NCBI GenBank assembly: GCA_951406725.2 | Contig: OX597829.1 | Coordinates: 44,826,001-44,890,000, forward strand | DNA: 64,000 nt | Source of the DNA: Octopus vulgaris | Taxonomy: Eukaryota | Direction of reading: 5' to 3' | In this document: piece by piece, positions 41,153-55,774 of the stretch | How the letters are laid out: every line of letters begins with the position of its first letter | Numbering within the stretch: position 1 is the stretch's first letter | Position numbers and translations under genes: made by a program | The notes under the pieces: generated by a model | Database searches by the model: none | Told to the model about the DNA's origin: nothing | The model's input: the letters and a program-made list of their open reading frames with translations, nothing else

Positions 41153-41203
41153 TTTGTCAAAATATTTTCGTCGCTTTGAAACCGCGACCTCTTCACTGAC
41201 AAA
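41153..41203 (-). ncRNA. Minimal type I hammerhead-like motif with G in place of core C3
   Basis: Minus strand TTTGTCA-GTGAAGA-G-GTCGC(loop)GCGAC-GAAA-ATAT-TT-TGACAAA: perfect 7-bp stem I, 5-bp stem II, palindromic stem III. Confidence 0.65.
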
Positions 41204-42572
41204 ATTTTCCGTGCCGCTGTGTTGCTTGCTTTAAGTTCGTGAAATTTTTCGTTCTCCATCCATGATAAACTGTTCAACAATAAAATTAATTTTAAAAATG
41301 GTTGCAAGAAAATAATCATTCAGCTATTTACTGAAATGATTGGATGGCGAAAACTGAAATGACAAAGCCTGTGGGTTGTCTAGATTATTTGTGTGAGAGA
41401 TCGAGATTATATGTAATACGACAGTGATGAATAAATAAATATCTACTTGCAAGTTTTCATAAGAGAAATTTAAAGAATGGAGATTCATCATTTTTCTATT
41501 TCATAATAAACATAATCCTTTTAAAAGATTAAATTTATATCTTAGAAAGTGGTAGATTATGTTTTTAACGACTGTGTTGAGAAATGTGTCTGTGATTGTG
41601 TGTGTGTGCGTGAGTTTGTGTGCATGTGTGTGTATGTGTTGTTCTACAAACATGCATACGTGCATACATACATGAATACACGTACATGCGTACATACATA
41701 CATACATACATACATAAGTACATACATACATACATACATATATACATATATACATGCACACATATACATACAAACATGCACACACACATATACACATACA
41801 CAAACATACATGCATGCATCCCTACATACATACCTACCTACCTACCTACATACATACATACATACCTACATACATACATACATACATACATACATACATG
41901 CAAATATACATACATAAATACATACATACATACATACGTACATACATACAAATATACATACATACATACATACATACATACATACATACATCCATGCATC
42001 CATCCATCCATCCATCCATACATACATACATACATACAAATATACATACGTACACACGGAAGTTGAGAGCGAAAGGGAGGGGAGATGGGGGGAAGTTATG
42101 CCACAGACAGATTTCTCAAAAATTATAATCATGATTTCACTCCGTCCGTCCAAAAGTTGACCTCACTTCAATGCAAGGCTTGTGTACTTTTATTTATCTA
42201 TATATTTATTCATTCATTTATTTGTTTATTTTACTGATACCAAGCAGTTACACCAATCAACAACGCAATGTTCCATCTGGCATTGGACAACCTGTCACCG
42301 TTAGCTCAGTCCTCAAGAACCCTGTTTCCTGTCATAAGAAGAATATGGAATTTTAGTTACGAACGCAAAGAGCCACCAAAATGAATCTCTCCACGCTCTA
42401 AAAGTTTCACCAAATCAGTCGTGCAGGTCTGATACTTTTATTCTTATCGATCTACTGATCAAACGTCGTGTCAAACAGGAATATTGATTAAATTTATCAC
42501 TCAACAAAAAAAAAAATGATCTTTTCAGTAACGGTTTTTCACGCAGTTTCTTTTGGTGAAGCCAAGTATTTA

Positions 42573-42972
42573 TCTCTCTCTATATAAAGCTGAAGTTGTC
42601 TATGTATGGCAGGTTTGGTAGCCTTCAACTAACACTATCTCCTCCGAGACCCTGCGGCGCAAGTTGACCAAAATTGAAAGTATGATAGAAGAAGGCTTGC
42701 TCTTCCTTCCGTAGAAGAAAAAATTCAAATCGGACCATGTTAAGACCAAAAATTATTTACATCAAAAAGGTGCTTTTTTTTCTATGAAAATTCCAATATT
42801 TTACGATTTTTTGACTTCTATGTCGCCATTTTTCGGTGTATTTCAACCAGAAAAATGTTCACTTAAAGAGAATAACAAGCTACATAATGCAAACATTTTT
42901 ACTTTTCAAAAATTCCAATTCTAAAGGGTCGAAAAGAAAACAAACCCGAGCAACGCCGGGCGATACTGCTAG
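42573..42972 (+). mobile_element. Non-autonomous Helitron
   Basis: A|TCTCTCTCTATATAAA ... CCCGAGCAACGCCGGGCGATACTGCTAG|T. Confidence 0.88.
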
Positions 42973-44109
42973 TGCATGATAAAGCGTGCGATGGATTTAC
43001 TTTCTACCACCGAAGAACTGAAAACGCAAAGATTTCGATTAAATACTACAAGTTACTTCTTCTCACTCTCCGACAATATACCCAATACGCTGTGCTGGAC
43101 TCTGACATGATGAAATAGTATGTTTAACCCTGACGGTGTCTGAATTCAAAGCGCGGAGCGGCTGGCGAAGTAACCACCGAACTAACGCTTTATCGACCTG
43201 CCAGTTCACTTCCTGTTACCTTTTGAACCATTAATTATATTTATCTATTTATTCATTTAACTATTTATTTATTTAGTAAAGAAGAACAGGTTGGATGGGG
43301 CAGAAGCCATGGCATTTTCAATGAGGTCTGTCCAGATGATGTTCTATTCTTGTAGGTTCTTATGACAATCGTCAGTATGTGAACGAGGAGTTGAATTTCA
43401 CGGGGTCCCAGTTGCCACAAGGCTGGTTGAGTCAGCCAAGCGTGCAGTGGGATTATTTGTTAAGTGGACGCAGAAGCAATGTTGTTAGGCTCTAAGTCAT
43501 CTCATCTTGTTTATCAAGAGGTACATTATTTAATCTTCTCCTCGTACACATATAAAGAAATATGCTCACGCAACTAAACATAGAGAGAAAAGGAGAGAGA
43601 CAGACAGACAGACATATAGACAAACAGAGAGAGAGAGAGAGGTGGGGGACATTAAAAAATATGATGACAAATAAACGAGTGCCGAATCAGCGACGCCAAA
43701 TAGGCGACGCCATAACAGCTGCACCGACTCATCTCACGAGATAATAATTAACTTGAGTACAAGACATCTGCGGGAATCTCTTCGCAGTCTTTCAAGACTA
43801 CCCGAAGTATCAACCAATTCTCTTTAAAAAAAATACATCCAGCACATCTCTCTTATTCCACTGCCGCACCATTCAAGGATCAGTAGTGATTATGTGCAAG
43901 TATCAATTTCTGAAACATCCCGAGTACAGACATTGCTTTATAGTTAATAAGTTCGAACCATAAATATGTGATTTCGGGTTCAATGTTAATACTTTCTGCC
44001 TTGGTATCATGTGTTCCACCAATGTTTCAGCTTTTTGCATTCCGAGTTTGAATATTTCCAGTGGTCAACTGCACCTTCTATTCGTCCAGGGTCGACGAAA
44101 TTAAATACC

Positions 44110-44343
44110 TATTTCTTTACCCACAAGGGGCTAAACACAGAGGAGACAAACAAGGACAGGCAAACGGATTAAGTCGATTACATCGACCCCAGTGCGTAAC
44201 TGGTACTTAATTTCGTACTGGTACTTAATTATCGACCCCGAAAGGATGAAAGGCAAAGTCTACCTCGGCGGAATTTTAACTCAGAACGTAACGGCAGACG
44301 AAATACGGCTACGCATTTCGCCCGGCGTGCTAACGTTTCTGTC
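44110..44343 (-). mobile_element. Long-tail SINE A
   Basis: Near-consensus copy with a small internal duplication; the tail is followed by GGTATTT. Confidence 0.88.
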
Positions 44344-45043
44344 CATTAGAGGTGGTTGATCAAAAGAATTATTAGAGCGTATTTATTCTGGCTCTTTGAG
44401 TTTTTCTGAGTTCTTCAGTAGCAGAATTAATATGTCATGCAGTTTATCTCTTACAAATATTTTAGTTTGACCAAAGCTTTGTGAGAGAAATTCACAAGGC
44501 TTTAGTTGCGCCTGTTCTTAGATTGTAGACTGACTCCGTTATCCGATTTAACACGACCACCTGGCCATTGGGTACCTTTAGTGAAGTCTAGTCCGTTGCA
44601 AGCATTCGGATTAGATATCCAGTTTGAAAATAGCTTTCTCCTTTCATCCCACGATCTCAAAAAACATTGCCTTTTCATTTTTGACTTGGTAATTAAAAAT
44701 AAATAGGCGAATTGATAAAATACGCCAAACCCCAGTTCTTATGCCAGACAAAATACTCTCACTCTGCTCACCCATTTGCTTCATCGGATGTGGTTTGATT
44801 AAATTACAAGAATTCAAGCATTGACCGATTCATACTATGATGAGAACCAAATCTGCCGATTGCCAAGAAGTGTGTAAGAATAATCATAACACGTGTTTAG
44901 AAATCACAAACACGCAGATGGATCAGCTGGTTGTTCATCATATGCTAAAACTATACACGCTCGGATTTCAAATTGAATTAACACTCGCGAAAAGAAAAAA
45001 AAAGATGGCGAATTAAAGAAATAAGGAAAAACGTAACAATGTA

Positions 45044-45101
<58 letters not shown>

Positions 45102-45458
45102 GTACGTACGGTTAGTCAATATTTCAACTGAAGCTTGATGTTGTACGTTTACATTCTCCATAATTATTCCCAAAATATTCTTTGTTATTTAGAATCAGTG
45201 ATTTATTGGTAGTGGAATTATGCAAATAATCTTAGTTTTAAACTTAACAACAACACTAATCTACCTGACTATCTCATTACCATTTCTTTCTCTTCTTTCT
45301 TACTTTCTCTCTTGCTTTTCTTTCTGTCTTTTAATTTGTATACCTTTATGCTTATTTACCATTCTTTTGCGGCTCCATTTAGTTTCTTTTTCTTCTGTCT
45401 ATGACTCCTTCCACTCCTTCTCTTTCAATCTTTCTATCGATCGATCTCTCAATTTCTA

Positions 45459-45561
<103 letters not shown>

Positions 45562-45766
45562 TCGTTTGTCTACTTGCCTACCTGCATTCATGCATGCCTG
45601 CCTACCTATCTGTATGTCTGTGTATCCAATTTCTCCTACCTTTTCCTTACTTTCTGTGTGTAGGAGGGGGTGCGCGCTCGTGTATATATGAATGCATGTA
45701 TGTATATATGCATGTATATATGTATATATGTATGTATGTATGTATGAATGTATGTATGTATGTATG

Positions 45767-45800
<34 letters not shown>

Positions 45801-45949
45801 TGTATGTATATATGTATGTATGTATGTATTATGTATGTATGTATGTATGTATGTATGTATGTATGTATGTATGTATGTATGTATGTATGTATGTATGTAT
45901 GTATGTATGTATGTATGTATGTATGTATGTATGTATGTATGTATGTATG

Positions 45950-45980
<31 letters not shown>

Positions 45981-46059
45981 GTATGTTTGTTTGTATGTAT
46001 GTATTTATCTATTTACGTTCATACGTACATATGTATATATATACATACTATTGAGATTA

Positions 46060-46330
46060 AACATCTGTAAGTCAGAACTTGCAAGGAAAAAGATCGTTGG
46101 CAGGAAGGGTATTTCAGACGTAAGGAGGAAATGGTAAAGGTGATTAATGGAGGGCAAGGAAGTAGAGACTTGGTTTTATACGAGAGAGAAAAGGAAGCAG
46201 ATGTGTTAGATGGGCTTCACTTTGAGGAGATATGAAGATATCTGGTTCAGATGAGCAGAGACTGTTGTAACAGTAATAGAAAAGGAATGGAGAAGGCACA
46301 ACATACCTGTGAGTCAGAGAAATCTGCAAT
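46060..46330 (-). mobile_element. CR1/Jockey-group LINE 3' ORF remnant
   Basis: SLTHRYVVPSPFLFYYCYNSLCSSEP resembles L.HRR.VASL.LFY.YY.G.CS.EL. Confidence 0.6.
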
Positions 46331-47369
46331 TTGATTTCACTTCTCGCCTAGGTCATTTATACCTTTCGTCCTTCCCCGGTCGATAAAATATAGTACGAAT
46401 TAATTACTGTGATCGATGGAATTAACTGACGAGCCGACATTCCTCAAAATCTTTTTGGGGGTTTGTTCCAAAATTCGAAACATGTTTTGTTGGGTTTTTT
46501 TTTTTGTTTTTGTTTTTCCACTTCTGACAATTAATGTTAGTATAATTAATTGAAATAGCAACAATCCAAACTTGATCCCACGAGAAATGTATCCTGTAGT
46601 AATTCACTCATCTCTTTTGTGAATAAATTCAAGAACGATTCCATTTTTCCCTCTCTATGTATTCAGCAACAGAGTAAAAAGGAATTGTCTTCGCATATTG
46701 ATCGTTTTAAAAACTTAGTCTGTCTTGAGATTTCTCCAGAGATGAACGAGATTATTTTCATTGTAGATATCAATATAGAAAGTTTGGTTTTTATTTCAAC
46801 TATATCAACAAACAGTAAAAATTTCACTTTTCTGTCTAAATAAAAGAAATCATAGCTATAAATTCATTTCTTACACCAAGTACGTGGGCCCCACGTTTGA
46901 GAGAAGGGAACGGTCGGTTATCTTCACCCAGTACTTGATGGAGTCTTATTTTTATCGATCCTGAAGGAATAAAATGCAAAGAGATCTCGTCTGGACCTGA
47001 ACGTTTGTCTTTTAATTATTTCAGTCATTAGACTGACTGCGGCCATGGTTGGGTACCGTCACGAAGGTTTCTAGTCGAAAAAAGTCGATTCCAGTACTTA
47101 TGCTTTCTTGTTTTTGTTTTGTTTTTCTTTTTTTTTTAAAGTCTGGTACTAATTCTATTAGCTTCTTTTCTCCTGAATCTAAGTTAGGCAAACCAACATT
47201 GGTTGTCAAGCAGTGGTGGAAGACAAATAAATGCACACACTGATATAAAGTGTATGTCGGCCTGAGGCTATGGTAGAAGACATTCGACCAAAATTCCACG
47301 CAGTGGGTGGGGGATGGAGTCGGAACAATGTAGTTGGGAAATAAATTTTTTACGCCTATTAAATGAAGC

Positions 47370-47441
47370 CTACCCTGCGGGGGATCCAACTCGGGTCTAC
47401 CACGTAACGGGTATGGATACTTACCACTACAGTACCGAGTA
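47370..47441 (-). pseudogene. tRNA-Asp-like pseudogene or isolated SINE head
   Basis: 72 nt, TACTCGGTACTGTAGTGGTAAGTATCC...CCGTTACGTGGTAGACCCGAGTTGGATCCCCCG, colinear with eukaryotic tRNA-Asp; the T-loop and anticodon loop are mutated. Confidence 0.5.
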
Positions 47442-47832
47442 AAGAACTGGAACAAAACCAAGGTCTCAAGAGAAAACATGACAGCATTTTAAAAATATCT
47501 TTTTTTTACTTTTAACAAAACATAACATTTTACCAGTTATCAATTTTTATTTTTCTTAAAAAAAATTTTCTTTTAGATATTTGTTGAAAGACGGCGAGCC
47601 TTTCGATCGCTAGCGTTCTGGACGAAATGCTTAGCGGCATTTCGTTCGGCTTTCTGTTCCGAATTCAAAATTCCACCAAGGTCGACTTTGCCTTTCATTC
47701 TTTCGGGGGCCTATAAAATACGCACCAGTCGAACAGTGGACTTGATTTACGCGGCTTAACCCCCAACCCGCCCACCTCACCGAAATCGTTGGAATTGTAC
47801 CAAAGTTTGATATCGATATTTATTGATTGAAA

Positions 47833-48290
47833 GGCGGCAAGCAAGCAGATACGGTAACGCGCCAGAGAAAACGCTTAACGGTATTTCGTCCAAGCTGGCA
47901 GAAACGTTTGCACGCCGGGCGAAATGCTTAGCGGTATTTCGTTTGCCGTTACGTTCTGAGTTCAAATTACGCCGAGGTCGACTTTGCCTTTCATCCTTTC
48001 GGGGTCGATAAATTAAGTACCAGTTACGCACTGGGGTCGATGTAATCGACTTAATCCGTTTGTCTGTCCTTGTTTGTCCCCTCTGTGTTTAGCCCTTGAC
48101 GGTAAGTAACTAAATAGGTGTTTCGTCCGGATCTACGTTCGGAGTCCAAATTCTTCAGGAGTTGACATAGCATCTAATACATCCGGGGTCGATAAATTAA
48201 GTACCTGTTGAGCACTGGGGTCGATGTACTCGACTTAAGTACTTCTCAGGAAATTACTAGCAAATTACTAACCTTGAGCAAAAATTTAAA
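47833..48290 (+). mobile_element. Old SINE A interrupted by a young long-tail SINE A (47892-48116)
   Basis: Direct repeat GGT(A/G)TTTCGTCC at 47880-47891 and 48117-48128; the host SINE resumes after it. Another diverged copy lies at about 47590-47815. Confidence 0.85.
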
Positions 48291-48488
48291 ACTAATATTT
48301 GTTGACTGGAAGGGATTAAAATTTAACAAGTATGCAAAGCATTTCTTTTGACCCAGTTATCATCTCCTTTAACACGTGCCAGAAGAAGACTCACACCTGT
48401 CGAAAAACTACCATCTTAAATAAATACAAAAAAAGGGTTTTTAACCGTGTTGCATAAATTATTTACCTTTCGCCAAGTTCGTTTACAT

Positions 48489-48611
<123 letters not shown>

Positions 48612-48984
48612 GTGTGTGTGTGCGTGTGTGTGTGTACCTGCATACACAAGGCACGCACACATGCAGGTCCAAAAGCTGAATAGTTTCTGTTTTGAAAATC
48701 AACATCGTTACAAAAATATCAGGACGGCCTGTTGTTCTTCTATGCAGGGCCTCAAATCTTGTATGTGCTTCACATTAAGGGCTGCGTAAACTAGTCACTT
48801 CTTCATGTATATATATATATATATATATATATTGTTGGAAACAAGTGTTTTTACAGCTGCATGCCTTCTCCACAGCTAACCACTCACGTGTAACATAGAA
48901 ACGAAGACAAGTAGAGCGCATATCATCTATGTATCAGAACACAACATAATTGAATGTCTTATATGTCTATTTGTCATTTGGTTC

Positions 48985-50385
48985 TAGTGTACGTGTATGT
49001 ATGTATGTATGCATGTATGTATGTATGTATGTATGTATGTATGTATGTATGTATGTATGTATGTATGTATGTATGTATGTATGTATGTATGTATGTATGT
49101 ATGTATGTATGTGTGTATGTATGTATGTATGTATGTACGCATGTATGTATGCATGTAATGCATGTATGTGTGCATGTATGTATGTATGTATGCATGTATT
49201 ATGTATGTATGTATGCATGTATTATGTATGTATGTATGTATGTATGTATGTATGCATGTATGTATTTATTTATGTATGTATGTATGTATGTATTATGTAT
49301 GTACGTACGTACGTACGTACGTATGTATGTATGTATGTATGTATGTATGTATGTATGTATGCATGTATGTATGTATGTATGTATGTGTGTATGTATGTAT
49401 GTATGTATGTATGTATGTATGTATGTATGTATGTATGTATGTATGTATGTATGTATGTATGTATGTATGTATGTATGTATGTATGTATGTATGTATGTAT
49501 GTATGTATGTATGTATGTATGTATGTATGTATGTATGTATGTATGTATGTATGTATGTATGTATGTATGTATGTATGTATGTGTGTATGTATGTATGTTT
49601 GTATGTGTGTATGTATGTATGTATGTATGTATGTATGTATGTATGTATGTATGTGTGTATGTATGTATGTATGTATGTATGTATGTACGTACGTATGTAT
49701 GTATGTATGTATGTATGTATGTGTGTATGTATGTATGTATGTTTGTATGTATGTATGTATGTATGTATGTATGTTTGTATGTATGTATGTATGTATGTAT
49801 GTATGTATGTATGTATGTATGTATGTATGTATGTATGTATGTATGTATGTATGTATGTATGTATGTACTATGTATGTATGTATGTATGTATGTATGTATG
49901 TATGTATGTATGTATGTGTGTATGTATGTATGTATGTATGTATGCATGTATGCATGTATGCATGTATGTATGTATGCATGTATGTATGCATGTATGTATG
50001 TATGTATGTATGTATGCATGTATGCATGTATGTATGTATGCACGTATGCATGTATGTATGTATGTATGTATGTATGTATGTATGTATGCATGTATGTATG
50101 TATGCATGTATTATGTATGTATGTATGTATGTACGTATGTATGTATGTATGTATGTATGTATGTATGTATGTATGTATGTATGCATGTATTATTTATGTA
50201 TGTATTATGTATGTATGTATGTATTATGTATGTATGTACGTACGTACGTACGTATGTAAGTATGTATGTACGTATGTATGTATGTATGTATGTATGTATG
50301 TATGTATGCATGTATGTATGTATGTATGTATGTATGTATGTATGTATGTATTTATGTATGTGTGTATGCATGTACGTGTGCATGT
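48985..50385. repeat. (TATG)n microsatellite of about 1.4 kb
   Basis: Directly visible; source of the 485-aa and 548-aa MYVC ORFs. Confidence 0.97.
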
Positions 50386-50625
50386 TAGAAGCTGTGTTAA
50401 GTTGTGAATGTGTAGAATGGAAAATAGCTCCGGGCGGGTGGGGGGACTACTATCCGCGACCTAGTTTTGATAGTTATAGGATATGGCTGGTATTTCGTTC
50501 CGTTTACATTTCTAGTAATTGCGGCACCATCCACCTCGCCGAATCTTCGTTTCATATAACACTCATCCCAACTTCCTTTAACTTTAAAACATGTGCATGA
50601 CTTGAATGATGTATGACCATATATA

Positions 50626-51051
50626 TACTCTTTTACTCTTTTACTCTTTTACTCTTTTACTTGTTTCAGTCATTTGACTGTGGCCATGCTGGAGCACCAC
50701 CTTTTAGTCGAGCAAATCGACCCCCGGGACTTATTCTTTGTAAGCCTAGCACTTATTCTATCGGTCTCTTTTGCCGAACCGCTAGGTGACGGGGACGCAA
50801 AAACACCAGCATCGGTTGTCAAGCAATGCTAGGGGGGGGGGAAACACAGACACACAAACACATACACATACACACACACACATATATACATATATACGAC
50901 GGGCTTCTTTCAGTTTCCGTCTACCAAATCCACTCACAAGGCTTTGGTCGGCCCGAGGCTATAGTAGAAGACACTTGCCCAAGGTGTCACGCAGTGGGAC
51001 TGAACCCGGAACCATGTGGCTGGTTAGCAAGCTACTTACCACACAGTCACT

Positions 51052-51052
<1 letters not shown>
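50626..51052 (-). mobile_element. SINE family B
   Basis: Near-consensus reverse complement. Confidence 0.9.
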
Positions 51053-51091
<39 letters not shown>

Positions 51092-51512
51092 GGTATTCCG
51101 TCAGTTGCGACGACTAGGGTTCCAGTTGATAAGATCAACGGAACGGCTTGCTCATGAAATTTACGTGCAAGTGGCTGAGTACTCCACAGACACGTGTACC
51201 CTTAACGCGGTTCTCAAGGAGATTCAGCGTCACACAGAGTGCGACAAGGTGTATTTTGAACTCATATTGAAAGCAAAATATGCCGAATATGTTCCTTTGT
51301 CTTTTCCATTATAACTTTGAAGAAAATAACTGCTAAAATCGAACTGCAATCTTCAGAACTTGTACTAAGAATAAGTACAAAGTAAAATTTCTACCTGCTT
51401 TTATAGCAAGTTGATTGCAGGTAGTTTATCCCGTCTCACTCCGACTTTTACTTCATACAATTGAAAAAAATCCCACATAATTTATGGGATGACCCAATAC
51501 ATATTCACACTC

Positions 51513-51545
<33 letters not shown>

Positions 51546-51556
51546 CATACATACAT

Positions 51557-51600
<44 letters not shown>

Positions 51601-51989
51601 ACCACATGTGTATATAAATAAACTTACATTTATTTTACATAAATGCAAATATATAAGTATATGCATACATATATACATACATGCATATATATATATATAT
51701 ACCACAAGCTTCAACGCAGTTTCTATCAGTCAAATTCATTCACAAGGTATTGGTCGGCCCGGAGCTAGAGAAGAAGATACTTGTGGAAGAGTGCCACACA
51801 CTAGAACTGAACTGAAAACCATAAAGTTCAAAAGCGAACATATTAATCACACTGCCATGTAGGTACGTATGCATGCATGAATGTATGCATGTATATATCT
51901 ATGTATGTATGTGTGTGTATGTATGTATGTAAGTACGTATGTATATGTACATATATATAAATATATGTGTGTGTGTATATATATATATA

Positions 51990-52350
51990 GGCTCCGGAGT
52001 GGCTGTTTGGTAAGTAGATTGCTTATCAACCACATGGTTCCGGGTTCAGCCCCACTGCGTGGCACTATGGCCCCGAGCACACCAAGCCTTGTGAGTGGGT
52101 TTGGTAGACGGAAACTGAAAGGAGCCAGTCGTATATATATATATATATACATGTGTGTGTGTTTATGTGTCTGAGTCTTTCCCCCCAACATCGCCTGACC
52201 ACCGATGCTGGTTCGTTTACGACCCCGTAACTATAGTAGTTCGGCAAAAAAGACCGATAGAATAAGTATTAAGCTTGCAAAGAATAAGTCCTGCGGTTGA
52301 TTTGCTCCAGCGCGTGACCCCATTCAAATGACTGAAACAAATAAAAGAAT
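51990..52350 (+). mobile_element. SINE family B, internally deleted
   Basis: Head and 3' module recognisable. Confidence 0.8.
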
Positions 52351-52355
52351 ATATA

Positions 52356-52419
<64 letters not shown>

Positions 52420-52748
52420 TATAACATAGAGAGAGAGAGTGAGAGTCTGAGAGAGAGAGAGAGAGAGAGAGTAGCGCGCGCTCGCACACACACACATACA
52501 TACACTCTCATGCTTTGAATTGTATAAAAAAATATACAACTGACTGAAACCGTGTCGATATGCATTAGCAAAAAACATATGTTCTGTATTTCTCATGTAA
52601 CACATCTTAATTAACATTATGGTACAACTCCATATGCGAGATAAGAATACATGACACTTTGAGCCGAATAAATACACACGATTCACCTGATTCCTGAACG
52701 CTGAAGACTATCAAGTGCTATATATATATATATATATAAAGAGTAAAA

Positions 52749-53300
<552 letters not shown>

Positions 53301-53346
53301 GAAATATACATATAATAATGTATAATATGCGTAGAAATAATAAGAA

Positions 53347-53734
53347 AACGAGAACATTCAGTAAGCGAAAACCTCCGCTAAGGCAACACCAATGTCCTCT
53401 CACCGATTAGCCAGAGATGATTTTTTTAAATATCTGAAATAAACTCGACTGCTCTCACAAATGAGAAAACTAAAAATGAACCCGACCGCTATCAAAAATT
53501 GAGTAAAAAAAATTTTTAAAAAAAAAACGAAAAATAATTTAGAACTCTTGACCGGAACCGGATCGATCCTAAAATCTAATTAGTTCGTGCCAGTCACGTG
53601 GCCTAACATCCCTGGAAGTTTCATTATTCGATTCCGTCCAACGGTTCTTGAGATATCTTGTTCACGGTCAAGCAAACAAACAAACAAACACGACTGAAAA
53701 CAATACCTCCGCCTTCGCTAAGGTGGAGGTAATA
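53347..53734 (+). mobile_element. Helentron-associated non-autonomous element (HINE/DINE-1-like)
   Basis: 5' subterminal ACCTCCGCTAAGG, AAGTTTCAT...GGTTCTTGAGATATC body, (CAAA)n, and terminal hairpin TACCTCCGCCTT-CGCT-AAGGTGGAGGTA. Confidence 0.7.
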
Positions 53735-54240
53735 ATAAAGAAGAACAGAATATAATGCTGCATATACTTAGATATCTGGTTGTCTCTTCGGTGGTAAACG
53801 ATACTAAAGGTTTTCGTAATTTCTAGTTTAACAGATGATTTGCTTATAGTGATCAAATGTGTGTGTACATTAGCTCACATCCTCCATTAAATCTAACGTT
53901 GTTTGTACAGGTGCTAGGTATGCCACATGTCTGATGTCAAAATGGAGTGATTTGCTTTACAACACAACCAGCGCCCAATATGGGAATCGAAAGCACGATC
54001 TTGTAATCATGAGTGAGGCGCTCTAATCACAAGGACACACGCCATCACTATGTATGTATGTATGTATGTATGTATGTATGTATGTATGTATGTATGTATG
54101 TATGTATGCATGCATGCATGCTTTGATCGGCCCGAGGATATAGTAGAAGACATTGCCACGCAGTTGAACTGAACCCGGAACCATATAGTTGAGAAGCGAG
54201 CTTCTTACCACACAGCTATGCCCGCGCCTGTATATGTATG

Positions 54241-54274
<34 letters not shown>

Positions 54275-54894
54275 TGTATGTATGTATGTATGTATGTATG
54301 TATGTATGCATGCATGTATGTATGTACGTAGATATATGTTTATGTGTGTATACTTATGTATATATTACATATATACGTATGTGTATCACTCTCTCACTCT
54401 CCCTCTTTCTCCTTTACGCTCTCTCGTTGCTTACACGTGACCATCGTCCATCTTTCTTTTCTTGCAGTCTGTCTTAGAGACCAGACGCATAATGTAAATA
54501 ATGCACAGACACATTCTTATCTGTCTCCTCTTCTATCTTTTCTCTTGTCAAAGACAATATTTCTCCAGCGTTCGCTACCTTACCTCGTCTGGCCTAACGG
54601 CCCTCCATGCTTATTTTCGTTTGGTTTGTTGTATGTATCCACTGTCCTGTTTTTGTTACCAAATTTGACCCGCTGCAAATCCCAAATTTTATCTTGGTTC
54701 GCGGGAGCAACTACCTTTCGAAGCGTCATACTAATTGCTCAAAATGAGGAGTAGATGGACAGCCGACAACTGATGAAGTGTTGTTCTTTATGCTACTTGT
54801 CTTGTTTTCCAGTTGTTGATCTCGATGTTCGCATACCCAAGTTCGTCTTCGCATTTCATGTTGTTTAGGTTTTGTGACATCCTGTGCCCATATA

Positions 54895-54925
<31 letters not shown>

Positions 54926-55032
54926 CATATCAAAGGGAAATGGAATTTAATTAAAATTAAAAACATTCAATTAAGATTTACATTTCCAGTGGTCTAACGC
55001 GTAAAAAATTTTTAGTCAAAAAAACTATATAT

Positions 55033-55192
55033 TAGTCATACGATATAGTGTATATTTAAACACATAGAGAATCTACTTATAGGGATTCTACGCACTAGAA
55101 AGAACAGCTAAGTTCTATGACCACAAAAAAATTCTGGATAAAATTCGACAGGAATAAATTCTCTATGTGTTTAAATATACACTATATCGTAT

Positions 55193-55197
<5 letters not shown>
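55033..55197. repeat. Perfect 40-bp inverted repeat with 85-bp spacer
   Basis: TAGTCATACGATATAGTGTATATTTAAACACATAGAGAAT (55033-55072) and its exact reverse complement (55158-55197). Confidence 0.95.
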
Positions 55198-55233
<36 letters not shown>

Positions 55234-55774
55234 TATATATATGTATGTATGTATGTATGTACACATATGTAGGTATATATGCATATATATATATTTTTTA
55301 TTTATATTAATATATGATTGAACACCACGCATCCATTTCCAAGTATATATATATACATACAATATGTCCTTTTCCTGAGCACTGTAACGTAAATTTTGAA
55401 GAAATTTCGGGCTACTTTTAGCAGGATAAGTGACCTTTTTGGCTCAGTATATCGAGCATAAGTCATCTTGGCTAATATTGTATCACTCCAATCTATTCTA
55501 CTCAAAACAAAGACTGAAGTCAGCATGGCAAGCCAACACTGCGATGCTCAGAAAAATGAACAAACCAAGAGAGGGGCCTCGACATAGTCGTTAGATCAGC
55601 TCGAAATAGCAGCCAAATCCTCATCGAATCACAATCAGCTCCTTAGAAAAAGAAAGGATCCGTTACATATCTCTAGAAAGACAAAAGTATCCTGGTTAAA
55701 AATGGGTTTACTCAATCGGGTTGATTTGGAGGCAAACAGTTACACCGCTAACAACAACAATATCACATATTTGT

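Noticed and set aside
48950-50600. Long ORFs (485 and 548 aa) and the many similar MYVC/HTYI/YIYI/poly-amino-acid ORFs across the window
   Set aside because: They are translations of stop-free microsatellites, with no domain or splice support.
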